Shown here in pieces: positions 19,237 through 27,291 of a DNA stretch of 58,540 nt; the first letter of the stretch is position 1, and each line of letters begins with the position of its first letter. Source of the stretch: Actinomycetota bacterium. Lineage in GTDB: Bacteria > Actinomycetota > Thermoleophilia > RBG-16-64-13. The position numbers and the translations under genes were made by a program. The notes beneath the pieces were generated by a model, which saw nothing but the letters and a program-made list of their open reading frames with translations, ran no database searches and had not been told where the DNA came from. Location: positions 1 through 58,540 of the forward strand of contig JAMDEO010000128.1 of the NCBI GenBank assembly GCA_023483915.1, given 5' to 3'.

Positions 19237-20031
19237 TCAGTCCCCCGCCAGGTGGAAGTCAAAGGTCGCCTCCTGTACCCCGTTATTAGTGGTGAACTTC
19301 AGATCGTTCACGTCGGGAAGGGCTTGGGCGATCTGGTCGGTTTCCGGCGTCTGGCTGTCGCCGGGCAGCGCTGGGACGATCAACTGGCTGACCACGGCGC
19401 CGTAGCTTGCCGCGGAGGCCCGCACATGGATGTGACGGCATCGTCCTGGATAGATGCCCGGGTATATCGAGGTGAATTCATAGTGCCCGCTCGAATCTGT
19501 TAACACGTAGCCGCGCAGGGCAAGCTGGTCGACGCCGAAGTTGTTTGCGTCACCGTTCCCGTTCGGGTGATAGGTCCCACTTGAGTCCGCCTGCCAGATC
19601 TCGATCTTCGCTGCGACCAAAGGGGTCGAGTCTCCCACTCCGCCGTAAACAAAACCGCTGAGCTTGATCGGGTCGCCGGGGAGGTCCGTGTAGTTGAGGT
19701 TGCCGTCGGTCAGCTCGGCCGTGTTGGAGACATAGTAAGGACCCTCGGTGACCCCGATGGTGAGCCCGGCCGGGCCGGTCGTCGTCTGGGTGGTGGTGGA
19801 CGTCGATGCTTGAGTGGTGGATGTAACAGGCTGAGTTGTAGTTGCGGAGCCTTGAGACGCGGATGTCGACGTGGTCGTGGGCGCTATCGTGGGAAGCTCG
19901 ACGGAGCTTGTCGTGCCCTCGGGCTGAGTCGTTGAAGTTGAGCTGGTGCCTCCGCCGCAGGCGGAGAGGACCATCCCCAGCGCCATGACGAATACGGCTG
20001 CAGTACCCATAGTCACCGTGCTTCTGGACAT
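19237..20031 (-). CDS. Secreted intradiol ring-cleavage dioxygenase family lipoprotein
   Basis: ORF 19237..20070, with the start moved to ATG 20031 (RBS gaaggggg). Signal plus lipobox LSAC and a long Thr/Ser linker, followed by IEIWQADSSGTY and YPGIYPGRCRHIHV. Confidence 0.8.
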   Translation of the reverse strand: MSRSTVTMGTAAVFVMALGMVLSACGGGTSSTSTTQPEGTTSSVELPTIAPTTTSTSASQGSATTTQPVTSTTQASTSTTTQTTTGPAGLTIGVTEGPYYVSNTAELTDGNLNYTDLPGDPIKLSGFVYGGVGDSTPLVAAKIEIWQADSSGTYHPNGNGDANNFGVDQLALRGYVLTDSSGHYEFTSIYPGIYPGRCRHIHVRASAASYGAVVSQLIVPALPGDSQTPETDQIAQALPDVNDLKFTTNNGVQEATFDFHLAGD

Positions 20032-20148
20032 TCCGATGCCCCCTTCATGCACTTCCCTGATGCTTCCCATTCAATGACCACCGACAAACCTGAGGGCTAC
20101 CGCGTCAAGTAGCCATGAAAGAAATCCGCATTTTTGACAGAAGGGCGC

Positions 20149-20215
20149 GACCCGGGCCGCCTCGACTGAGGCGGCCCGGGTCTTTCCGGGCGGAGCCGGC
20201 TGGCCGGCTCCGCCC
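20149..20215 (-). terminator. Two tandem GC-rich hairpins downstream of the cupin-like gene
   Basis: Hairpin 1: 15-bp perfect stem at 20149-20163/20168-20182 with loop gact. Hairpin 2: 12-bp perfect stem at 20188-20199/20204-20215 with loop ctgg. Confidence 0.5.
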
Positions 20216-20238
20216 CCAACAGCGTCGCTTACTCGACC

Positions 20239-20700
20239 TTAGCCTACCGGGTAGCCGCCCACGTTCGTCTTCCGCATGTCGCCGACGGTGGGAAAGATTC
20301 CCATCTGGATGTGAGGCCTGTCGACCCGCTTCCATACGACCGGGCCGTGCTTCAATCCCGCGGGGATGAAAAGGGTCGAGGTCCTGCTGATCAGAAGGGT
20401 CGTGCCGCCCACCACGAACTCTATCTCCGCCCCGAGATCCGATGGGTTGTGGGGATCGGTCCCGATGTGGATTATGAACTCGTCGTAGTCGTGAAGATGC
20501 TCGTGGATGTGCGGGTTGGGCTCGGGCATCTCCCAGATCCATCCGTATTCCATATAGGCGTTGTAGCCGGGAATCAGCTCATCTGACATGAAAGTGAGCG
20601 TCGGCGTCGTATGCCCCTTGATAACGTCGGCTAACGAGGCGCCAACCTCGCGCGACGGCTCCTCGATGAGGACGGCTCCCTCCGGTGTGGTGCGATTCAT
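20239..20700 (-). CDS. Uncharacterised cupin-like protein (paralogue of 34610..35053)
   Basis: ORF 20239..20733. ATG 20700 follows a gggggga RBS and gives 153 aa. The core PHIHEHLHDYDEFIIHIGTDPHNPSDLGAEIEF...LFIPAGLKHGPVVWKRVDRP aligns with PHVHDTDEIIGFFGSDPQNPYDLGGEIEI...IFVPAGMKHCPLVLRRIDRP of the paralogue. Confidence 0.7.
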   Translation of the reverse strand: MNRTTPEGAVLIEEPSREVGASLADVIKGHTTPTLTFMSDELIPGYNAYMEYGWIWEMPEPNPHIHEHLHDYDEFIIHIGTDPHNPSDLGAEIEFVVGGTTLLISRTSTLFIPAGLKHGPVVWKRVDRPHIQMGIFPTVGDMRKTNVGGYPVG

Positions 20701-20869
20701 TTGTCCCCCCGTTGTGTCTGGCCAGGTTGCCAACTTGCCGATCCGACGTTCTCACCTGCGGGCGATCCCGTCCAGCCCTGATGCGATACCCGTGGAGCCC
20801 CCGAGGTTGTACGATTGAGCCTAGGGCTTGTCTAGGGCAAGGCTCCGTGAGCAAGCGGAAGGAGCAAGA

Positions 20870-22168
20870 ATGGTATCGGGCGTCGAGCGCCTCAGTACAC
20901 GGACGGTGGTCGTAGGCAGCGGACCCGGCGGAGCAACCGTCGCGCGTGGACTCGCCAAACGTGGGGAAGACGTCCTCGTTCTGGAGCGCGGCGCCTATCA
21001 CCGCCGTATCGGCACTTGGCCCACCATGTTCCGCATGATGGATCGCATGGGCATGCTGACTTCTGAGGAAGGCACCATGATGGTCCGTCTTCTCACCGTT
21101 GGGGGCAGTACCGTTACTTTCTGCGGTGTTGCACTGCCACCACCGGCATGGCTGAAAGAGCGGCACGGGATCGACCTGTCCGCCTTCGTGACGGAGACCC
21201 AAGATGAGCTCGACCTCGCACCTCTACCTGAACGGCTCCTTGGCGAGGGGGCTCTGAGAATCCAGGACGCGGCGCGAAAGGAAGGCTTCGCCTGGAATCC
21301 CCTGCCCAAATTCATCGATCCCTCCCTCTGCGATCTGTCCTGTCCGAAGTGCATGATTGGCTGCGTGAAAGGAGCCAAGTGGACGGCGCGGAAGTATGTC
21401 GACGAGGCAGTGGGCGCCCACGCCAGGCTGGTGACTCAGGCCAGAGTCGACGAGGTGCTTTATGACGGTGGTCGCGTGACGGGTGTGCGCGGCACCAGCT
21501 CGTCGGGCGCGTTCGTTGTAGAGGCCGAGCGGGTGGTGCTCGCGGCCGGGGGCATTGGCACAGCGGTTATCCTGAAGGCCTCGGGTTTTGCGGACGCTGG
21601 GCGTGGATTCTTCATCGACCCACTGCAGCTGACCACAGCGATCTCCCCCTGGCAGGGATCTTCTCACGACATCCCCATGACCTGCGGCACAACAGATCTA
21701 GCTGACGAGGGCATCATCATGACCGACGTCATAGACCCATGGCCGCTCTACATGTTCGGCTTGGTTATGGGTGGCCCGCGCAATCCCAAATACTTCGTTC
21801 GCTACCCCCGAACCTTGAGCATAATGACCAAGTCGCGAGATCCGCTGACCGGATCTATATCGGCGGACGGCAGAGTCTCCAAGCCGTTCGGCGAGCAAGA
21901 GCAGGCCATGCTGCGCCGGGGCTCGGAGATCGCGCAGCGCATACTCAGGCGCGCCGGCTGTCACATGTCCACCGTCATGCACGCTGCTCCGAGGGGAGCT
22001 CACCCTGGTGGTACCGTCCGTATCGGCGAGATGTTGGACAACGATCTTCAGACGTCGGTTGCCGGCCTTTATGTGTGTGATGCCAGCGTCCTGCCGGAGC
22101 CCTGCGGGTGGCCGCCGGTGCTGACGATCATTTCGTTAGGTAAGAGGCTGGTGCAGGAGCGCCTATAG
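20870..22168 (+). CDS. GMC family FAD-dependent oxidoreductase
   Basis: ORF 20828..22168. ATG 20870 lies 5 nt after ggaaggag. Blocks: VVVGSGPGGATVARGLAKRGEDVLVLERG (FAD fold) and C-terminal GTVRIG...LYVCDASVLP. Confidence 0.85.
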   Translation: MVSGVERLSTRTVVVGSGPGGATVARGLAKRGEDVLVLERGAYHRRIGTWPTMFRMMDRMGMLTSEEGTMMVRLLTVGGSTVTFCGVALPPPAWLKERHGIDLSAFVTETQDELDLAPLPERLLGEGALRIQDAARKEGFAWNPLPKFIDPSLCDLSCPKCMIGCVKGAKWTARKYVDEAVGAHARLVTQARVDEVLYDGGRVTGVRGTSSSGAFVVEAERVVLAAGGIGTAVILKASGFADAGRGFFIDPLQLTTAISPWQGSSHDIPMTCGTTDLADEGIIMTDVIDPWPLYMFGLVMGGPRNPKYFVRYPRTLSIMTKSRDPLTGSISADGRVSKPFGEQEQAMLRRGSEIAQRILRRAGCHMSTVMHAAPRGAHPGGTVRIGEMLDNDLQTSVAGLYVCDASVLPEPCGWPPVLTIISLGKRLVQERL

Positions 22169-22687
22169 ATGAGGGGCAGGAACAACATAGGTAACCCGGA
22201 AGAATTGGCGCGGCTTTATGACGCGGCCTTCCAGTACGAGAGAACCAATGGCTGCTGCGCCCAGTGTGTTCTCGCCGCAGTGCAGGACGTTTTGGGGAGA
22301 GGCACCGACGATATCTTTCAGGCCTCGCATACTCTGAGTGCGGGAGGCGGGCTGACGACCATGGGTACCTGTGGCGCACTCGCCGGCGCGCTGCTTGCGG
22401 TAGGCTCGGTGTACGGACGTACTCGGGAGGATTTTGCGAGCGGGCCAGGCCAGGCCTCCTTCGTGGTGGCCAAAGAAGTCTTCGACGGATTCGTGGGGGA
22501 ATTCGGAGGGGCAACTTGCGCCGAAGTCCAGACGAAGGTCATGGGTAGATCCTTCAATATGTGGGACAGCAACGATTTCCAGGCGTTTCTGAAAGCGGGA
22601 GGCCATGAAGACAAGTGCCCGCATGTGGTCGGCTTTGCGGCCCGGCTGGCCGGAGAGTATCTCTGCGGACGAGAATCCCTGAGCTAA
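22169..22687 (+). CDS. C_GCAxxG_C_C family redox-active protein
   Basis: NGCCAQCVLAAV, MGTCGALAGALLAVG, GATCAEV and KCPHVV are the characteristic Cys pattern. The start codon abuts the GMC stop. Confidence 0.85.
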   Translation: MRGRNNIGNPEELARLYDAAFQYERTNGCCAQCVLAAVQDVLGRGTDDIFQASHTLSAGGGLTTMGTCGALAGALLAVGSVYGRTREDFASGPGQASFVVAKEVFDGFVGEFGGATCAEVQTKVMGRSFNMWDSNDFQAFLKAGGHEDKCPHVVGFAARLAGEYLCGRESLS

Positions 22688-22806
22688 CCTGTTTCGCGGC
22701 ACGGTGAGCTGTTCCGCTGCTTGGGATGATGTCATTGGGAGGCGGAGGAGTCGTTTGACCTGGAGCCAAACCGAGCCTATCATAAACATGCTAATCGGGC
22801 GTTCAC

Positions 22807-22816
22807 TCGTTAACGA
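22807..22816. promoter_or_regulatory. Perfect 10-bp palindrome TCGTTAACGA in the AT-richer spacer upstream of the solute-binding-protein gene (candidate GntR-type operator)
   Basis: Read directly from the sequence. It fits the generic GntR-family GT-Nx-AC half-site logic and lies 80 nt upstream of ATG 22897. Confidence 0.3.
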
Positions 22817-22896
22817 ACGTTTAGTAACTGCCGAGTGACACCCGGAAGCACGTTAAGGATAGGGAACAGCCATTTTCGTCTTAAGGGGGGCGGCTT

Positions 22897-24324
22897 ATGG
22901 CAGATCAGAACCAAGAGAGCAAGCAGTACAGTCGTCGTGACTTCCTCAAGGTCGCCGGCATCGCAGGGGCCTCAGTGGGTCTCGCCGGAGGGCTGGGCGG
23001 AGTGCTCAGCGCCTGCGGCGGTGGCGAGGAGACCACCACCAGCGCGTCCGAGGCGACCACGACCACAGCCGGGGTGACGACTACCGCTGGCGCCACAACC
23101 ACGGTGAGCTCCGCTCCAGAGCAGGCCCGAGCCATCAAACTGGGGCTGGTCTCGCCGAAGACCGGCAACTTCTCGGTCTTTGCCATCTCCGATGATTGGT
23201 ACGTAGCCCACGCCACCGAGGCCCTCAAAGACGGGATCGTTGGGGCTGACGGCAAGCTGCGTATGATCGAGATCGTGGTCAGAGACACCCAGTCAGACTC
23301 CAACCGGGCCGCCCAGGTGGCGGCCGACCTGGTCCAACTGGACAACGTGGATATGCTCCTTGCCTCTGGAACTCCGGATACCTGCAACCCGGTTTCCGAC
23401 CAAGCCGAGGCCCTTGGCTGCCCTGTGCTAAACAGCTTCTCCCCGTGGCAGGCCCTGTTTCTCGGCGCCGGCAAGCCGGCTGAGTGGAAGTGGGTCTACG
23501 GCAATATGCTGGGATCTGAGGAGACGATCGCATCTTTCACCGACGCCTTTGAGACCAGCGGAGTGCAGACGAACAAGAAGGTGGGGATGCTCTTTCAGAA
23601 CGACGCCGACGCCCAAGGCTGGATGGACCCCTCGGCGGCGCCGAAGGTGTTCGCCGAGAAGGGATACACCCTGGTGGTCCCCGAATACTACTCGGTCCCG
23701 GCTGAGGACTTCACCAAGCAGATAAGCCAGTTCAAGAGCGAAGGCTGCGAGATCGTCTGCGGCACCAACGACCCGCCGTGGTTCTCGAACTTCCTCACCC
23801 AGAGCCTGCAGCAGGGCTTCCATCCCAAGTTCATCAGCTCAGGTAAGGCCCTCATCTTCCCGCAGGCCGTACTCAGCTATCCCAACAAGGGTCTCGGCCT
23901 CATAGGGGAAGCCGCCTGGCACCCGAGCTGGAAGATCAAGGACACCCTCTCTGATCTCGACTCTGAAGGTCTGGCCGCGGATTACGAGGCCAAGACCGGC
24001 CAGCAGTGGACGGCGGCCATCGGCACCTACGGGAAAGTGGAATGGGCCATCGACGTATACAAGCGGGCCACGAACCCCGAGGACAAAGAAACCGTCGTCG
24101 AGGCCATCAAAACCACTAAGGGCGACTTCCAGCAGGGTCACATCGACTTCACCGAGCCGGTCGACCCCAATAGCTTCCATCCCATCCCAAACAACTACAA
24201 GCCGTACATCGGTGCTCAACAATGGCGCAAAGGCACCAAGTACGATATCGAGCCGGTGGTGGTCAGCAACGCCGCCGCTCCGGGCACCACAGTGCAAGAC
24301 AAAGCCCAGCCGATGACGTACTAG
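22897..24324 (+). CDS. ABC transporter substrate-binding lipoprotein (branched-chain amino acid/amide type, Peripla_BP_6-like) with Tat-type signal
   Basis: SRRDFLKVAGIAGASVGLAGGLGGVLSAC (twin-Arg plus lipobox), a Thr-rich linker, then IKLGLVSPKTGNFSVFA... typical of LivJ-like binders. Confidence 0.8.
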   Translation: MADQNQESKQYSRRDFLKVAGIAGASVGLAGGLGGVLSACGGGEETTTSASEATTTTAGVTTTAGATTTVSSAPEQARAIKLGLVSPKTGNFSVFAISDDWYVAHATEALKDGIVGADGKLRMIEIVVRDTQSDSNRAAQVAADLVQLDNVDMLLASGTPDTCNPVSDQAEALGCPVLNSFSPWQALFLGAGKPAEWKWVYGNMLGSEETIASFTDAFETSGVQTNKKVGMLFQNDADAQGWMDPSAAPKVFAEKGYTLVVPEYYSVPAEDFTKQISQFKSEGCEIVCGTNDPPWFSNFLTQSLQQGFHPKFISSGKALIFPQAVLSYPNKGLGLIGEAAWHPSWKIKDTLSDLDSEGLAADYEAKTGQQWTAAIGTYGKVEWAIDVYKRATNPEDKETVVEAIKTTKGDFQQGHIDFTEPVDPNSFHPIPNNYKPYIGAQQWRKGTKYDIEPVVVSNAAAPGTTVQDKAQPMTY

Positions 24325-24372
24325 GAGGAAGAGCCCTTCGGGGCCATTCCGGAAAGACACACCGAGACCACG

Positions 24373-24406
24373 GGGGCCGCCGATCGCCTTGGCGATCGGC
24401 GGCCCC
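24373..24406 (+). terminator. Rho-independent-type terminator hairpin after the solute-binding-protein gene
   Basis: 16-bp perfect inverted repeat ggggccgccgatcgcc/ggcgatcggcggcccc followed by gctcttct. Confidence 0.6.
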
Positions 24407-24485
24407 GCTCTTCTAAGGAGTACGGAGATCACGATTGCAGGCCGGCGGGGATGCGATTCTGCCGCGCGCTGTGTAGACTGGCGCA

Positions 24486-25061
24486 ATGTCTCGTTTTGAC
24501 TTTGCCGAGGTGCGCGTCCGTGTTGCCTCATCATCGGACGGAGCCCTTCTTGCTCGACTGGGGGCGGAGACGTTTCGCGACACCTTCGCCGCGGACAATT
24601 CTCCAGAGGACATGGAGGCTTATCTGGCTGAGGCTTTTGGTCCGGCTATACAAGCCGGAGAGCTTGTGGACCCTCACTCGACTTTCCTTGTCGCCGAGGC
24701 CGAAGGAGTTCCTGTCGGCTACGCGCGCTTGAGAATTGGGACCGCTCCGGCGGTCATCGAAGGGCTAAATCCCGTCGAGATCGCGCGCTTCTACGCGAGC
24801 AAAGAGGCCATGGGACTGGGTGTGGGGGCCCGAATGATGAGCGAGTCACTTGCTCTGGCTCAGCGAAGAGGATGCGACGTCGTGTGGCTGGATGTCTGGG
24901 AGAGGAATTATCGAGCTATCGCTTTCTATGGGAAATGGGGCTTTGCCGAAGTGGGCGAGCAGCCGTTCCGGCTTGGCTCGGATGTTCAACGGGATCTCCT
25001 CATGGCACGCAAGATAAGTGCCTCGCTAACCGACACTATCAACCCTGGTAGATTGACATAA
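24486..25061 (+). CDS. GNAT family N-acetyltransferase
   Basis: EIARFYASKEAMGLGVGARMM...VWLDVWERNYRAIAFYGKWGF is the acetyl-CoA-binding motif A/B pattern. Confidence 0.85.
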   Translation: MSRFDFAEVRVRVASSSDGALLARLGAETFRDTFAADNSPEDMEAYLAEAFGPAIQAGELVDPHSTFLVAEAEGVPVGYARLRIGTAPAVIEGLNPVEIARFYASKEAMGLGVGARMMSESLALAQRRGCDVVWLDVWERNYRAIAFYGKWGFAEVGEQPFRLGSDVQRDLLMARKISASLTDTINPGRLT

Positions 25062-25087
25062 AGGCCTAGAAATGAGAACATATGTTC
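25053..25087 (+). promoter_or_regulatory. Putative promoter (-35 TTGACA at 25053-25058) overlapped by a perfect GAACATATGTTC palindrome (25076-25087, LexA/Cheo-box-like) upstream of the POR-NuoEF operon
   Basis: TTGACA, then a 17-nt spacer, then GAACAT at the -10 position. The 12-bp palindrome matches GAAC-N4-GTTC exactly; in context it reads gaGAACATATGTTCgt. Confidence 0.45.
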
Positions 25088-25165
25088 GTCACGCGGGCCG
25101 CAAACCCCGTGTGGAAAAAGAGGTAATATCCCAGGCGACGTTCATCGTTGCTGGAGGTTGCAGAG

Positions 25166-25762
25166 TTGGATAGCGGGCCGAGCGGGGGCGCCGCCGGGCT
25201 GACTGAGATCCGGTGGCACGCACGCGGCGGGCAAGGCGCGGTCACAGCAGCAAAAATGGTGGCCGAGTTGGCTCTGGGCCAGGGGAAGTACTTTCAAGCC
25301 TTCCCTGAATATGGTCCGGAACGTTCTGGCGCGCCAATCGTTGCGTTCACCAGGGTCAGCGACGACCCCATTAACATCTATTCTGGTGTAGAGCATCCGC
25401 AGATCGTGGTGGTGCTGGACGCTTCTCTCATAAGCGCAGTGGACGTCACGAGGGGTGCCTCGAACGACGTGGTCATCTTGGTAAACACTGAGCTGCCTCC
25501 GGGGGGCGTCCGCGAACGCTATGGCCTCAAGGGAGGACGTCTGTTCACCGTAGATGCCAGTCGGATTGCGATGGAGACTCTGCGCCGCGCCATACCCAAC
25601 ACTCCCATGATCGGGGCGCTTGCCAAGGCTACCGGGTTGTTCCAGGTCGAGGATGTGGCTGAGTTCATCCGGCATGACTTTGCCAAGAAATTCTCGGCGA
25701 AAGTTGTGGAAGGCAATATCGCGGCACTGACACGCAGTTACGACGAGGTTAGGGGCGAATGA
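25166..25762 (+). CDS. 2-oxoacid:ferredoxin oxidoreductase gamma subunit (POR/VOR type; substrate not assignable)
   Basis: ORF 25148..25762. TTG 25166 lies 8 nt after GGAGG. Blocks: EIRWHARGGQGAVTAAKMVAELA...FPEYGPERSGAP. Confidence 0.88.
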   Translation: MDSGPSGGAAGLTEIRWHARGGQGAVTAAKMVAELALGQGKYFQAFPEYGPERSGAPIVAFTRVSDDPINIYSGVEHPQIVVVLDASLISAVDVTRGASNDVVILVNTELPPGGVRERYGLKGGRLFTVDASRIAMETLRRAIPNTPMIGALAKATGLFQVEDVAEFIRHDFAKKFSAKVVEGNIAALTRSYDEVRGE

Positions 25763-26082
25763 TGGCCGGGAGTCGGCCCAAATGGGACATCAGCGATGTC
25801 GATGAGTGGGGTCCCGATGATCACGAATTGGGAGCCACCATCCCGGAATCAGGCAATTCGGTTCTCAATATCACCGGAGGTTGGCGTTCTCTCCTTCCGA
25901 TCATCGATTGCGAGAAGTGCGACGGCTGCCTCCTTTGCTACTTCTACTGTCCGGATGCCTCCATCCTTATGGAGGATGGCAAGGCCGTAGGGGTGGATCT
26001 AGACCACTGCAAGGGTTGCGGAATCTGCGCCAAGGAATGCCCCGCAAAGGCGATCACCATGGTGGCGGAGAAGAAGGAGTAG
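25759..26082 (+). CDS. 2-oxoacid:ferredoxin oxidoreductase delta subunit (2x[4Fe-4S])
   Basis: CEKCDGCLLCYFYCP and CKGCGICAKECP motifs. ATGA overlap with the gamma-subunit stop. Confidence 0.9.
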   Translation: MMAGSRPKWDISDVDEWGPDDHELGATIPESGNSVLNITGGWRSLLPIIDCEKCDGCLLCYFYCPDASILMEDGKAVGVDLDHCKGCGICAKECPAKAITMVAEKKE

Positions 26083-26085
26083 CGG

Positions 26086-27291
26086 GTGCCTAGACTGAAC
26101 AGGGAAACCGTCGCGGTCACCGGCAATGAAGCCGTTGCCGAGGCAATGCGCCAGATCAACCCAGACGTGGTGTGCGCCTATCCCATTACGCCCCAGACTG
26201 AAATCGTGCAACTTTACGCGCAGATGGTGGCCGACGGGAAGGTGACGAGCGAGTTCGTCACGGTCGAATCGGAGCACTCGGCCATGAGTGCCGTGATCGG
26301 CTCGGCTGCGGCCGGTGCCCGGACAATGACCGCCACCTCCTCACAGGGGTTCGCCCTGATGTGGGAGATGCTCTATGTCGCAGCCAGCTACCGTCTTCCC
26401 ATCGTGATGACGACCGTGAACCGCGCCCTCTCTGGTCCGATCAACATTCACTGCGATCACTCAGACACCATGGGCGGCCGTGACACCGGCTGGATCCAGC
26501 TGTACGGCGAGAACCACCAACAAGCCTACGATAATTGCCTGCAGGCCCTCCGCATCGCCGAGCATCTAGATGTTCGGTTGCCGGCCATGCATATGTACGA
26601 TGGATACGTCATCTCGGGAGCCATCGGGCCGCTGGTCATGCTGCCCGATGCGAAGGCACGCGAGTTCGTAGGTCCATATCACGCTATCAATCCGCTTCTG
26701 GACGTGGCAAACCCCGTCACAGTCGGCCCCTTCGATGGTCTGCATGGCTGGTATTTCGAACACAAGGTCGCGCAAAACCGGGCCATGGACCGGGCGCTGA
26801 CGGTGATTCAGGGTGTGGCCGACGAGTATGCGGAGATCAGTGGCCGCCCGTACGGACTCCTGGATCCCTACCGTCTAGAAGACGCCGACATCGCTATCGT
26901 CGTCGTGGGTTCGACTGCGGGTACCACCCGCATGGTCGTTGACAAGCTCCGCACCCGCGGGGTAAAAGCCGGGATGGCGCGGGTTAGGGTCTTTCGGCCT
27001 TTCCCGCACGAGGCATACGCTAAGGCGCTGGAACACGTGAAGGTTGTTGGGGTCTTGGACCGCGCGGATTCGAGCGGCGCCCAGGGCGGCCCGGTCTTTC
27101 TGGAGGTCCGTTCGGCTCTCTACGACTCGGATCCGCGGCCGCAGGTTCTGCCTTTCATCTACGGCTTGGGAGGCCGGGATATCTTCCCGGATGACATTGA
27201 GCACGCATTTGCACAACTCGAAGAAGCTGCGCAGAGCACGCGGCGGAGCTCTATCGAGCGACGCTACCTGAACCTGCGCGAGGACAAGTGA
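26086..27291 (+). CDS. 2-oxoacid:ferredoxin oxidoreductase alpha subunit
   Basis: VTGNEAVAEAMRQINPDVVCAYPITPQTEIV, SEHSAMSAVIGSAAAGARTMTATSSQG; 401 aa. Confidence 0.9.
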   Translation: MPRLNRETVAVTGNEAVAEAMRQINPDVVCAYPITPQTEIVQLYAQMVADGKVTSEFVTVESEHSAMSAVIGSAAAGARTMTATSSQGFALMWEMLYVAASYRLPIVMTTVNRALSGPINIHCDHSDTMGGRDTGWIQLYGENHQQAYDNCLQALRIAEHLDVRLPAMHMYDGYVISGAIGPLVMLPDAKAREFVGPYHAINPLLDVANPVTVGPFDGLHGWYFEHKVAQNRAMDRALTVIQGVADEYAEISGRPYGLLDPYRLEDADIAIVVVGSTAGTTRMVVDKLRTRGVKAGMARVRVFRPFPHEAYAKALEHVKVVGVLDRADSSGAQGGPVFLEVRSALYDSDPRPQVLPFIYGLGGRDIFPDDIEHAFAQLEEAAQSTRRSSIERRYLNLREDK

